Below the pieces are notes generated by a model, which saw only the letters and a program-made list of their open reading frames with translations, did no database searches and had not been told where the DNA came from. Source: Eledone cirrhosa (lineage: Eukaryota). From it: 64,000 nt of DNA. The translations under genes and the position numbers were made by a program. Shown in pieces: positions 1 to 13,246 of this stretch. The DNA lies in the NCBI GenBank assembly GCA_964016885.1, contig OZ024741.1, forward strand, positions 207,080,001-207,144,000. The letters are read 5' to 3'. The first letter of the stretch is position 1; each line of letters opens with the position of its first letter.

Positions 1-267
1 TGTCTCACTATATCACACGCCCCTTACCCTTGCGCACGCTTTCAAATGTTCATGTCTGTACTTGTGTATGTGTATATTTATGTACGTCGACATATATGCA
101 TGTATGTATGTGTGTGTACTGTGTGCGTTTAGCCCTAACTGTTTATCTTGCTTTTCTATGAGTGTGTTTTTTTGTGTTTTAGTTTTAGTCTTTTTGTTTC
201 TTTGCCTTTTGTTAATGGTTTTGTCTTTACGTCCGTAAGTGTAAATGCTTGTTTTTATTTCATTATT

Positions 268-364
268 CCGAGGTTAACTTTGCCTTTCATCCTTATAGGA
301 TCAATAAAATAAAGTACCAGTAATACGGGTTTTCCGTTGAAGCCTTGTGCCAAAAGTAGAAACA

Positions 365-397
<33 letters not shown>
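268..397 (+). mobile_element. 5'-truncated SINE (Meta-domain-like core) with (ATT)n tail
   Basis: ccgaggttaactttgcctttcatcc...aaaataaagtaccagt...aaagtagaaaca(att)n. Matches the copies at ~49020 and ~51579. Absent from the paralogous host block at ~17490-17530. The Meta-domain label is from recall and unverified. Confidence 0.8.
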
Positions 398-585
398 GAA
401 GGTGAAGCCACGCTTCTTATCGTCTCCAGTTTTTTTTTCAACAGTTTACCTCGTTTTCAACCATTCTAAACGTTTCATTCAAGTTTTAAACTTGATAAAA
501 GTTTAGAAATAGTGACCCACCTAATACAGGGGTTCGCTAGTCAATAATACCCTTTACGGGGTGTCGTATTGTGTAAAAATATTAT

Positions 586-2593
586 TTGAAAAAAACAATT
601 TATTTCAACATGAATAACGCAAGAAAGAGAGAGAGAGCGCTGTCAGACAACACAGAGAAAGAGAGACTTTGTCAACATCAACAAGACAGCATTCCAGCGA
701 AGGTAAATTTAAAAGAAAATATTACGAAGGTAAAGAGGAACAAAGGCATTTTTAATGATATTGTTACAGATTTAAAATTACCAAATATTTCTAACACAAA
801 CAACACCAACAACAACACCATAAATAACAACTACAACAACAAAAATAACAGCGGTAAGGTCGAGAACGACAATAAAAATGACAATAACAACAGCCACAAC
901 AACGATAATAGTACGAACAGCATGAAGAAAAACAATAATAATAAAAACAGCCACAATAACTGCAACAACAGCAACAGTATCAACGAAAACAACAACAACA
1001 ACAACAGCAACAACTGTACCAATGAAAACTCAACAATGGCATCGATACGTGTAACAGCGGTCTCAGCAAGACCAGTAGCGGCAGCAATAGTGGTGCCGCT
1101 GAAAAAGAGACCACTTCTTTAGCAGGTGTCGCCCGAAATATCGAAACAGTGTTAGTCACAGAGCAGGAGATGGCAGTCGCAAGGGCCATGGTGACAAGAA
1201 ACGCCAATAGAGTTTCCCTGAAACCCCCACCCGATTTTTTCAAGGACCAACAGCTACGGACGGTGACTTACCGCACCGTAAGCAAAATGTCACATCGGGT
1301 GGAGAGAGCCACGGATGCTCAAATTCCAAAGGCCTTGGGGTGCGTCTGTGCGGGCAAACCCACATCAGAGGCAGAAAGTACGCCACAGTTGACGTACTTT
1401 TCGCCAGCCCCAAGAAGCGAAGTCTCACTCTTTGGAAACCCTAAAGTGTGAGGAGATAGTCTTGGTGCCCTCTTACTGCGGGCAGAAAATTGTGAGGGTC
1501 AAAGTGACCCTTGTCCCACCCGACGGGCCCATACCGTGGCTGGCCGCGTCTGTCCTTGGTGGAATCGAGGACAGGACGACCATGCTGAAAGGAGAAAAAA
1601 TAGGGAGACAGAACTGGTCAGGTATAGGCATGCAAATGCTTATACAAACTGACCAGGGTGTATCGACGCTATCCCCGACGCTATCTCCGATATCATAGAC
1701 AACTTCCTATAAGCGTGGAAGGAAGACGGCCAAAATGTTATCTCTGTGGGTCAAAGGGTCACTCCAGGGCCTTTTGCCCGCAGAAGAAGGCCCCTCTCCT
1801 TCCAATACCTGGTCCGCTGCTACCAGGTCAGGAAACAAACGCAGAAGCCCTTCCACGGTGAGTAGGAGGGCAAGGTCCGTGGCACCCATACCAAGGCCAC
1901 ACACAACTAAAGCAGCAGCATCAGTGGCGGCAACACCAGTAGCTACATTTGCAGTAGCACTACTAACACCACCAACAGCTGTGGAGCACATACACCTCCC
2001 AGACGGTCTGCCAAAAAAAAAAAACCGAAAAAACCCTTAGCTTCACCCTCCAAAAGCGAAGGCACACACAGAGGGGTAAAGGCTGCAAGGAGACTTGCAG
2101 CAACAGCGTCACCATCACCCCTACAAGAAGCACCACCGCGAACAACAACCACACCAACACCAACAACACCAAAAACACCAACAACGCAAACACAACAAAA
2201 CACACACTCAACAGCAACAACCAGAAAATAGCAACAAAATCGCCCCCCACCCAAAGGCAAAAAAAACAGCAACAAAATCACCCGGCCCCCCAAAAGCACA
2301 CAGCCATAAACATGGCAAATAAAGAACTCATACAATATATAAAGCAGCACACAGACATCACAGAAAAAAACTACTACACCCCACCAACACCAAGAACTCT
2401 CCCGATAAACATAAGCATCATTGATATCAAAATAGAACAGTACAAAGTTTTAAAACAAAAATTCCCCTACGCAGTTGGAGACTTCAAAGAGTCGTTTACC
2501 AAGAGGATATACACTGACATCCTCTTGGAAACACCCATGACCAGCCAAAGGGACGGTTCTACTGTCCCTTCACTACACGATGAAGGTAAGTGA
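586..2593 (+). pseudogene. Tx1 ORF1 (gag-like, zinc knuckle), frameshifted
   Basis: Chain of ORF fragments 586-2593 with N/Q/T-rich low complexity and a CX2CX4HX4C motif in ORF 1658-1861. Confidence 0.7.
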
Positions 2594-2625
2594 CCCTTTC
2601 TCACTTGCCCCGTTTCTCACCCAAC

Positions 2626-5600
2626 ATGGCTGTACATAGAATAGGCAGTATAAATGCACGTGGCCTGGGTCATCTTGGAAGCAGGGTCACCTGCTCAACG
2701 AGCTCAGGTCACTAAACATAGATGTGGTGGCCATCAGCGAGACCAGAATCTCCGAAGCACGGGCCTTCGCACCGCTCTTCGGCGGCTACGATGTATACGC
2801 ATCTCCCAGCCGTCCAGGATCGGAGAGAGGGGTTGCCGTCCTTTTTCGGAGAGGCTTGAATCTTACCAGAAAGTAAGTCGGTGGTGCTGGACATGACCGG
2901 CATCGAAGGCAGTGCTTTCAGGCCAGTAACTGTCTACGCCCCTACTGGGGCAGGACGGCCAGATTTCTTCAGACGTCTAGAGGCCTTTCTTGGAACGTCC
3001 CGCTCTTTAGTGTTAGTGGGCGACTGGAACGGTATCTCGGATGCACGCTGGTATTGTGTGGGGATAGTGGATAGGCGAGGAGGATGCAAGAGCCTTACCA
3101 ACCTGCTCAGACGTTTTGAAATGTCAGACAGTTATCCACTGGATCACCCGAATGTGCCAATGTGGTGATGGACAAACCGCATCGGGTCATCCAGATCGTA
3201 TCTCGATAGGGTATTCTGAAGAGAACTAGATAAGGCTAAGATAAGTTGTCCACAAGTTAAAATAGTCGACTACACAGTCCACAAATTTGTGATCTGTGAG
3301 ATCGACATAGACAGATTTCATAGACAAGGACCCGGTTACTGGCAGCTGAACGCGTCTTTCCCGGCGCGCAAAGCCTACAGAGACCGGATTAGCGTATTAG
3401 TTAAGCGGGCGTTGACGGGAGCGGTCGTCAACAACGGGTGGTGGTTCGCCCTGAAAAGGGCAAGTAAAGTAGAGTCGATTAGGTTTAGCAAAGGACTAGT
3501 GATAGAGGAAAATAGAATAGAGGGAGTGCTAGTCAGAAAGCTAGAAGAGGCGTTTAGGACAGGCATCGCAACCGACGTGCTTGCGGCGAGAGTGGCACTC
3601 GACCAATTCTTCAACGGAAAACCCGAAGGCTGCGTTGTCAGAGCTAGAACGCGTGCTCTGAAACACGAGCGGACAAAAGCCGTCCAATGGGCCCGGATGG
3701 CAGAGGGGCAACATGGCAACAGAACCACAATTCGGTCTTAATCTGACCAAAACAGGCGCGTGTTGCTCGAACCCGAGCAAATGTATGAGGCTTTTCAGCA
3801 GCCCTTTGCTGAACTGTTCGGGAGCAGCGGCGGGCCGGATCGGGGTATGGATTTCAGTGCATATCTCGACGGACTGCCTCGGCTCTCGACGACCGCAGCA
3901 CAGTTTTGCGAAAAGCCAATAATAGCCGGTGAAATACGGGAAGCGATGGCTAACTGCAAGAGGGGTAAATCGGCAGGTTTGGATGGTCTGCCCTACGAGC
4001 TTTATGCATTTATGCCAGACTTGTTCGGTGACCTCTTGGCAGACGTCTACTGCAACTGGCAGCAGAACGGGAGCATTCCCAGATTTGTGAGTCGGGGAGT
4101 GGTGGCGCTGCTGAGAAAAGACCTGAAAAAGGGGGATGTTATCGATAACTTCAGGCCCATAACCCTGCTAAACGCTGAGTTCAAGATGTTGACCAAGGTG
4201 TTAGCAACGAGGTTGGCGCTTGTCGTCGAGGGTCTGATGTGAGAGGCGCAGACATACGCCATTCCGGACAGATCCATACACGACAACCTCCACCTCATGC
4301 GATACATAGTAGAGAGGGTGGTTAAGGAACCTGGCACGGGTGTCACCCTGATCAACGTGGATCAATCCAAAGCATTCGATAGGGTCGACCATCGGTACCT
4401 TGCGGGGGTTCTCGAGGCAGCAGGTTTCGGGTCCGTTTTCAGGCGTTGGATCGCTGCGATGTACAACGACATCCGATCAGTTGTGAGAGTGAACGGTCAC
4501 CTGTCGCAGCCGTTCAGTATCATGCGCTCAGTCCGCCAGGGTTGTCCCCTCTCGTCCCTTTTGTACATATTGGCTCTCGAGCCGTTACTGCACAAACTGG
4601 GGGCGATTAGGGGCGTCCCACGCGAACTAGGATGCGAGAAATCCGAGTCGGCTTACGCCGACGACATCACCATGGACGTGTCGAGCACCAAATACGTCCA
4701 GATGCTCGGCACCGTTCCCAAGGAATACGAAGCGGTGACAGGAGCAAAGATAAACCAGGAAAAGTCGGTGGGCTTGCAGCTCGGCACCTGGAGAGGCAAG
4801 TCCATGCCGTCCGACAGCGTTGTGGGGCGATGTAAGGACGGACCATTTAAATTGCTCGGGGTCCGGTTCGGACCGGACCTCCAGATGGAAAAAAACTGGG
4901 GCGATGTGACGAGCGATGTACATCGCATCCGTAATCTGATACCGCCTCACCGTCGTCCCTTGCCCCGGCCCAACTCTCACCAAAATGGAGCGCCTCCTCT
5001 TCCGCTTTTTGAGGAAGGGACGTGCTGCCATGATCAGACGATCCATCTACTGTCAACACACGTTGTGTGGAGGACTGGGCATGCCATGGCTGATGATGCT
5101 CAAACATGCACTGAGGTCGCGACATCTCTGGTGCTTCCTTGACGGTGAACAGGTGTGGTCGCCGTTCGCCAGACACGTTTTCCCACAGCTCGTCTCCTTG
5201 ACGCAGTTGCAGTCCTGGGTCAGGAAAAGACCGAGGGATAGCGCTTGGAAACTGGAATGTCTCCTGACGCACACCGCCCTCTGCCAGCTGGGCACCAGTA
5301 TTGGTGGAACATCCACCTCGGCGTTCTATAGAAGACTAGTGGAGGGGAAGAGCGTCAACGTTCTCGGAGAGATCCTGGGCGTCGAAGAAGATCAGCTGGT
5401 TGCTCTCTTCCGGAGCAGTCAGCCCAGGGCATATGGATAACTTCCAAAAATCCTTGGCCAGGCAGTTCTACCGGGGAGCGTTGCCGGTTCGAGATAAGCC
5501 CTACAGGCACGGAAGTGCCGTCAGCCGAGCCTGTCCGAGATGCGCGCAGAGCGACGAAACCGTCGTGCACGCACTAGTTCAGTGCCCGAGCATTGCTGAC

Positions 5601-5948
5601 TTGTGGAGCTATGTCGAACAGTTGCTGTCGCGTGTAGGACTGAGCCGGTTATCGACTGAGTCCATTGTGCAGATGGTCTCGCCGTCTTCCTTCGAGGAGG
5701 AAGGGCAGGCGGTTTTCATCTGCCTGGTAGCCATGGCGAAAGAGATTGTGTGGTGGATAAGGTTGAAAGGGTTAAAGACAGACACTTTCCTCTTCGGCGA
5801 ATCCCTAATTAACTTTTTCAAGTTTCACTTGAAGAGTAAAATCAGGGTGGAGAGGCAAGTGCTACCCTCTAGCAAGTTTGTTGAAAGGGTGGGTGAATGT
5901 AGCGAGAATGGTTCGAGTGAACGGGACGCTCTGAATATACGTCTGTAG
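2626..5948 (+). pseudogene. Tx1 ORF2: APE endonuclease, reverse transcriptase and C-terminal Cys/His finger, disrupted
   Basis: Endonuclease motifs MAVHRIGSINARGL, VYAP, LVGDWN. RT motifs GLDGLPYE, FRPITLLN, DQSKAFDRV, VRQGCPLS, YADD. C-terminal CPRC..ETVVHALVQC. Several stops and frameshifts. Confidence 0.9.
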
Positions 5949-6364
5949 TTTGAGAAATGGAAAAATTGAGAGAGGGCGCTGGCCCTGGTGGTCATGGTGG
6001 CTGTGGTCTTTTTTGTGCTTTTCGCCACGAGTAACCCTCGGATGTTTCCCCCCCCCTATTGGGGAATATTTGATTGTTTCAATTTTCATTTTTATATATA
6101 TATATGTTTCTATGTCTTTTCTTTTTCTTTTCTTATATAAATAATAAAAAATCTTTACACGCGCTAAACCCACATCGTACCATCCTGTACCGCCCTGTGC
6201 CGTCTGTAATGTTTTTCTTGATGTCAAATAATAGTAATGATTTCTTTATTGGCTACAAGGCCAATAAAGAAATCATTATTATTTTTATTCTTATTTTATC
6301 TTTTGGATTATTTTGTTTGCTTTTATTCATTTATAATTTATATATATATTTTTTTGCATAAGGT

Positions 6365-6879
6365 TTTTTATTTTTATTTTATTTTTATTTTTATTTTTAT
6401 TTTTATTTTTATTTTTATTTTTATTTTTATTTTTATTTTTATTTTTATTTTTATTTTTATTTTTATTTTTATTTTTATTTTCATTTTTATTTTTATTTTT
6501 ATTTTTATTTTTATTTTTATTTTTATTTTTATTTTTATTTTTATTTTTATTTTTATTTTTATTTTTATTTTTATTTTTATTTTTATTTTTATTTTTATTT
6601 TTATTTTTATTTTTATTTTTATTTTTATTTTTATTTTTATTTTTATTTTTATTTTTATTTTTATTTTTATTTTTATTTTTATTTTTATTTTTATTTTTAT
6701 TTTTATTTTTATTTTTATTTTTATTTTTATTTTTATTTTTATTTTTATTTTTATTTTTATTTTTATTTTTATTTTTATTTTTATTTTTATTTTTATTTTT
6801 ATTTTTATTTTTATTTTTATTTTTATTTTTATTTTTATTTTTATTTTTATTTTTATTTTTATTTTTATTTTTATTTTTA

Positions 6880-6910
<31 letters not shown>

Positions 6911-7190
6911 TATTTTTTTTATTTTTTTTTTTATTTTTTTTTTTATTTATTTTTTTATTTTTATTTTTATTTTTATTTTTATTTTTATTTTTATTTTTAT
7001 TTTTTTTAATTTTATTTTTATTTTTATTTTTATTTTTATTTTTATTTTTATTTTTATTTTTATTTTTATTTTTATTTTTATTTTTTTTTATTTTTATTTT
7101 TATTTTTATTTTTATTTTTATTTTTATTTTTTTTTTTATTTTTATTTTTATTTTTATTTTTATTTTTATTTTTATTTTTATTTTTATTTT
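6365..7190. repeat. (ATTTTT)n hexamer microsatellite, ~0.8 kb
   Basis: Read directly from the sequence. Confidence 0.95.
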
Positions 7191-7577
7191 TTATTATATT
7201 ATTTTACGAGTTCATTTTTATATTTTAATGTATGTATATATTCTTATTTATATGTGCGTATATAGTCGTCTATCAACTACTATATACGTATTTCACTTCT
7301 ACCTTCATTTATGTATACGTGTTTTCATATACGTACATACACATATTTTTTACTATACACATGCAATTGTATATGTAGATTTATCTATGCATGTATGTAT
7401 ATATAAAAATATCGTCATATTTACAAAACTATTTTTCTAATATCGTGTTTAATATTTTATATTGTCGTCTGCTTCTCTTCTCACACGTGGTTACTTACTG
7501 TCTCACTCTCTCTTTCTTTCCCCTCTCACACAGTCTCTTCTTTCTCTCTCTTTTTGCCAATCCCTTCTCTCACACTG

Positions 7578-7637
<60 letters not shown>

Positions 7638-7980
7638 CTTTGTCTTTTTCTTTCTGTCGCTGTTTCTCTCCTATAGACATTCTCTCTCTTTCTTTTTCTG
7701 TCCCGCTCTCTCTTTTGCTCTGCACTTTCTCCTTCCTTCTCTTTCTCAACATCGTTCCTGCTTACGGCAGTTCTAATGGAGATTTTTTATCGCAAAGTCA
7801 CACAAGGATTAGAAAAATGGCGATTATCACTTTGAAAGTAACAATTACGCAATAAATAGTTTCGATTGACACGTCTCGCATCCTCCTTTGGCAATGTGTA
7901 AAACTTTAGCGAGATCAGGTGAACAATACGCAAGTTATAATACTTTACACACACAGATAGAACGGGACTTATATAGTAGA
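7190..7980 (-). mobile_element. 5' portion of a Helitron; dispersed block repeated at ~14740-15497, ~15720-16280 and ~17690-18300
   Basis: The minus strand begins TCTACTATATAAGTCCCG at 7980, a Helitron TC start. Shares a (CT)n-containing block with all three other copies, and 7876-7968 matches 15411-15497. Confidence 0.6.
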
Positions 7981-8405
7981 CTAGCAAATGCCTCCAGTCC
8001 ATTGGACGGTGTTAGTTCTCGGTAGGACTGCAGTCTTAATGGTGAAATTCCGTTTTGTCGATGTTTAACATGGAGAATAATTTTACGTGATGAACTCTTT
8101 CTATAAAAAATGTGACGGTATTCAAAAAGAGCATGTTTTATTTACAGATATCTGTCATTAAAATGTGAAAATAGAGAAATATCGAAAATAGAAAATAGAG
8201 AAAAATGTGAAAATAGAGAATAATGAAAATTTCGTTTGGAATGTCGTTTAATTGACTGAATGGCTGAAGAATGGGTACAACAAGCATAGACGACAGTTCG
8301 GTTGACATGAAGAGAATCTGTAAGAAACGACATGTTTAATTGAATTATGAAATAACCTGGGGCTGTGGAAGGCTGTCCATTAAAATGAACAAATGGTTGA
8401 TTTCA

Positions 8406-11400
8406 TCAATGGGCATTTGTTGGAAGAGGAACATTACCTATTGTGAAAAGTAAGTAATCGCAATAAGGACCAACCTTTCGACTCCACGGAAAAACTATTG
8501 GAGGGCTGCCTTGTAAACCACATTTTTTGTCAATCTTCTGGGAGCGTAGTAAAAGAGATTGCCCGAGTTTCCCACTCTTGAAGATCCCACGTACATGGAG
8601 TACTGAGGTCCAGCCCAACCACTTTTAGTGACTGCCCTTGGGCTTTGTTAATGGTCATTGCAAAACTTAATCGAATGGGGAATTGGACTCTTTTCATCGG
8701 AAAGACACAGTCAGTTGGAATAAGTGGAACTCTGGAAATAAAAACAATCGCCAGCGCCTTTTCCCGTAATGATTGTAGCCTCGAGAACGTCATCCAACAT
8801 TTGCGCTATAACCAAGCGTGTGCCATTGCAAAGCTGAGGAGGTTCCAAGTTTATCAAGAGTATGATGGGACTTCCAGGTCTTAGGCAGAGTTTATGCAGT
8901 GGCATTCCCGATGGCTCTTGTGAGTTTAAAAACTCTGTTGGATAAAACGTTACTTGCGTCGGATCCGTAATCGAACCAATCCAAGCATAACATCGCTCTT
9001 AGGAGGGAAGTTGACGAAGCAGACATGTGTTAAGAGCTTCGACGGTGGCATTTCTAGGAGCTAAGATGGCCCTTTCACACATCCATTTATGACAGACGTA
9101 ATTTGTTGAGAGGTCGGGGTAAACTCTTGTGCAAATGTCCTCAGGGCTGGAAACGTAGTTACCGATGGTACTTATGTCAACCAAACCGTTTACGTCGATT
9201 GGTAAGTTCCCATTACCAACATCCAATAACTTTGAAGCAAAGTAATTGTCACAGTCTTGTTGGTGGAGAATCGATCGCATGTTGATGGTTAACTTTCTCG
9301 ACTTGACGAAGCGCCAAAGATGAGAATGTTTAATGCAAGAATCTATTTCATCAACTGGTTGGCCTTTTGGGACAATGGGAAGAGTTTGACGAAAATCCCC
9401 AGCAACAAGAAGAACGACGCCACCGAACGGTTTAAAATTGGAGCGCAGGTCTTGTAGCGTTGTATTGATTGCATCAACTGCATTCTTGTGGGGCATTGTT
9501 GCCTCGTCCCAGACAATCAGTTTGCATTTTTGAAATACAGCAGCCTCATCAGAATTCTTCTTTATATTGGTGGTCGGATTTTCAACATGACCGATGTTAA
9601 GGGGAAGCTTAAATGTTGAATGGACTGTTCTGCCCGCGTCTAGCAGTGTTGGTGCTATTCCTGAAGACGCCATTGCAATGGCAATCTGTCCACGTTGGCG
9701 AACTTTGGCAAGAAGGAGGTTGAGGAGAAATGTCTTTCCTGTGCCACCTGGCGCATCAAGGAAGTAGATGCCACCGCTGGTGTCTTCAAGCATGGTCAAA
9801 ACAAAAATATAGACATCAGCTTGTTCAAGATTCAAATGTTTTTCTCTTTCTTGAACGTCTCCCTTAGTAGGGGGGGGCGTTTCAAACAGCCTCATTTTCT
9901 CTTTTAGGGGATTCCAAACAGTAGTTCTTCAAGGGACGGCCACCTATTTCCAAAAGTATATCTTCTAGAAATATGAGACCGTAGTTGTACATTTCAGGTG
10001 TAAACTATGAATTCATGTGTGTGGACGCGAAGCGAGATTGCATTAGAATGTCCAAGCACATGTCGCGATATTTCTCCCAGAAAGACTGTGGATTCCCAAG
10101 ACTGCAGTACACCAGCATAACGGCGAAAAGCTTACGAAGAGCAATTGGTGACTGCAACATTGATGCTTCGTGGAGGGCGTGGTCATAGTGGTCATCATTG
10201 TCGAGAAGACCTAATTTGGAGCAGGCCTCTTTAAATATTGAACAAATATGGCCATTGACGGAACGAAGGTCTTCAAAGGAAGTTGGCCCTTTGACAACGT
10301 GCAATAGAAGACGAAGGTGAAAGCATTCTGAATTGAGCAGGTGAACTGTGTACATTCTTGAGAGGTCATCAGACTCACGTATCGAAGCATCCCTTTGTGA
10401 AATGCGTCCTCGCTTTCTTCTTTGCCAACAGAGGGAAGATTTTTTCTACGTGTAGAATGTAGACAACTCCGCATAAAGAAGTGTTCTGGCAAAAGTGTCA
10501 GAAGTACAAAGTTCAACGAATCCGGTAAGGGTCGTTCTTTGAGGTTGTCTTGCACAGTCAAGCATATTTTCTCGGTTAAAATACACCCGTTGACCATTCT
10601 CCAAATGAACGCTGAAGTGAATAACTGCAGGTTCACGTTCATGGATCGGAAACCCAAATATGCGCCAAAATGCCTCGTTAGAAGAGATGTAGCGTCCAGT
10701 TTGAAAAAACGTGACTTCATCTGTGGCGGCATCAGGGTTATCCGTCTTAGCCAACTCAATAACTGCTCGATCGGCTCCCTTATGAACATACTTGCAGATG
10801 TATTGGATTGATTTTACGGAGTTGCAGAAATCAACATTAATGTGAGCTGAAAACATTTTAAAAAGCACCTTATTATGTGGTACAACCCATCGGTTGTCGA
10901 TATTGAAATCTTGACCCCCAACCATTGTTATAGTTGCCGTATCTCCACCTATCCGCGTTGCCCTGCGACGGTATAAAGAGTAGCCATCATCACCAGTTTT
11001 GGTTTCATGGATAAGTTTACGTGGGTAACGATTTGTACATTTCCCATTATTCATACATGCAGATTTTGGATTTAGGTGGCTTCACGGTCCATGGATCATG
11101 CTGGCTTTTATAATTTGAAAAAGGACAGGGTCTCCTTGGGGATTTGGCAATTCAGCACTTATAACGGAATTAACATCAGTTGACTTGAGTTTTTCTTTAA
11201 GCCAAAGGAGAATATGGGCATGTGGGAGTCCTCTCTTCTGCCATTCTACGGTGTACGTGAAACACCTTACTGGTCCAAAAGGTTGTCCGTATTTTATAAC
11301 ATCCATCATTTTCATAAACTTTAGGTGAAACACTCTAGATGTGATATCATGCCTGTGTGAAGGATTTTGGCCATGAAGTAAGTGAGACTGGATGTCAAAC

Positions 11401-13086
11401 CATTTTGGATTGCATGTGAAGGTGATAAAAAGATCAGGACGGCCAAAATGGCGGACATAGGTGAGTGAATCCTGCATTTTTTCATGCATGTAACGGGGGC
11501 CTCCAGTGTATGTCGATGGGAGAATGACAGAAAGCCCAACATCCGAAGCAATAAAACCTGATCATTTCGGTTGACTTCGTCACGTAGATGGCCGTATTTT
11601 TCTGAACGCAGTTCCTTTTGATGGTGTCTTATCCATTGGAGGATTTCAGGGTCAATCTGAAAAAGGAAGAAATTGATGTGGTAAATATTGAGTGAAATGG
11701 CTAAGGAAATTTTCTGAACGAAATCATAAAATAAGAAATAGTTACCTTAGCAAATAGGTCTACACAGTATTGATTGAGGGGCATCCGTGTTCTATGCAGA
11801 ATGTTGATGTCATTTTTGCGAACCATAAGCCTAAATTCATAAAATTCCATTTGTGAAATAGTTTTCCGTGGTTGAAGATGCATTAAAGTTACCGGATTAC
11901 ACTTTGGCAAGTCAATGCGGTAGCCATCGTCGCCAAAGGGGAACAGTAATGGATATTGGAGGGCATCATTATGCAGGATGAAGTTCATTTATTTTTTGAA
12001 GACCCGAGTCCTGTCATTCAAGAACAATATCACAGTTTGAAGCACTCTCATTAGGACTTGTTATAAGCACCGCAACTTCATCGGTTTGGGGTCTGTTAAA
12101 GCAACCCTGATGTTGCCCTGGTGGAGCGCGGTCTACCTCGAATGACAACCTTGAATTGATTGGTGTTAGCATCTCTACGCTGAAAAGCAGTTTTGAAAAT
12201 GGTGACGTATGGGTTTATGGTATGAAGCATATATTCAGGGGCTGCAGAAGAAAAGGTATTGTTCCTTTAGCAATTGAAGCTCTTCGTGCAGTTTCTTCAG
12301 GTTCGTTCCCCATAAAGTAAATCTGGAGAAAACTGTGTTCGTCGCCATCTTGTGGAATAAGGGAGCCAATTTGATGGTAAATTTGGCCTTGCACTTTGAA
12401 TGTGGTCATATAATTTCCATGTTTTATTAGTGTATGACAAAAGCTTGTCATTTGGAAAGCCGAACTGTAGGCTCTTATATTTCTAAGAAAGTGTTTAGAA
12501 TCAGGGTGGTCTCCAAGCAGCAGAGAATTCAAATGTTCGACACCGACTTGTAAATGAGGCAATATAACCGTTCCATTGGAGCAGCATATACCGGTAGATT
12601 CTGCTGGCCACATTATTGCGTTACAATGGACGCAAACAGTTGACATGTTACCAATGATGATATGTGGGAGGGATGCGTAGTCCTCTTGGAGGCTGTAATG
12701 AAAAGCCTTCTTAGACCAGTAACAGGAAGAAACCCTCGGAAAGACATGAGAAAGCATTTTCCGTTGAGAATCAGCCGCAAGCCTTGTTGCCCTTTGGTCA
12801 ACTGTCTCTAAATCACGGCTATTTGAAGTAGAAGCAGCATCGCAAGACAGAGTTCTGCTTGTTCAGCAGTCTGTAATTCTCTGGCCTTCGAAGTAGAAGC
12901 AGCATCGCGAGCAAGCTGGAGTTCTGCTTGTTCAGTTGTCTGTAATTCTCTGGCGATCGAAGTAGAAGCAGCATTTCGATCACGCCGTAGCATACATTGT
13001 TCTTCTGTCTCGCTTGCGCGCAAAGAACGCAAAGCAAAAACATTTCTTGTTTTTCTTCCAATGTGACTCTTGCTTTTTCGAGGCAT
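8406..13086 (-). pseudogene. Helitron RepHel (HUH Rep plus PIF1-family SF1 helicase), fragmented, one GT-AG intron
   Basis: Rep motifs FGRPDLFITFTCNPKW, VEWQKRGLPHAHILLW, MIHGP, KSIQYICKYVHKG. Helicase motifs [37 protein letters not shown]. Also N-terminal E/R repeats and a CVHC..CC zinc motif. Confidence 0.92.
11657..11745 (-). other. Spliceosomal intron (89 nt, phase 0) in RepHel
   Basis: Minus strand reads AAG|GTAACT...TTCTTCCTTTTTCAG|ATT. Removing it joins CVDLFAK to IDPEILQWIRHHQKELRSEKY, a typical continuous RepHel segment. Confidence 0.8.
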
Positions 13087-13246
13087 TCTATGGAAAATCT
13101 GTAATTGAATAAATCTGAAACAAATCAAATCAAAGAAATTTACCTCATTGCTGTTTATGGGAGTTCTAATATTTACAGTTATATATAAATATACCTGTAA
13201 ACATATGTATGTATTTATCTATGCATGTATGTATATATGAAATATA

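Larger units (their letters stand above)
398..6274 (+). mobile_element. Near full-length, decayed Tx1/L1-clade non-LTR retrotransposon
   Basis: ORF1 remnants with a CCHC knuckle (CYLCGSKGHSRAFC), then APE-RT ORF2 remnants. 3' end is AATAAAGAAATC followed by ATT repeats. Host sequence resumes at 6275, colinear with ~17510 onward. Confidence 0.9.

Noticed and set aside
6237-7265. 342-aa poly-(IF) ORF
   Set aside because: Translation of the (ATTTTT)n microsatellite.
8999-9895. Host PIF1 helicase gene
   Set aside because: It is contiguous with HUH Rep motifs and Helitron termini, and is disrupted.
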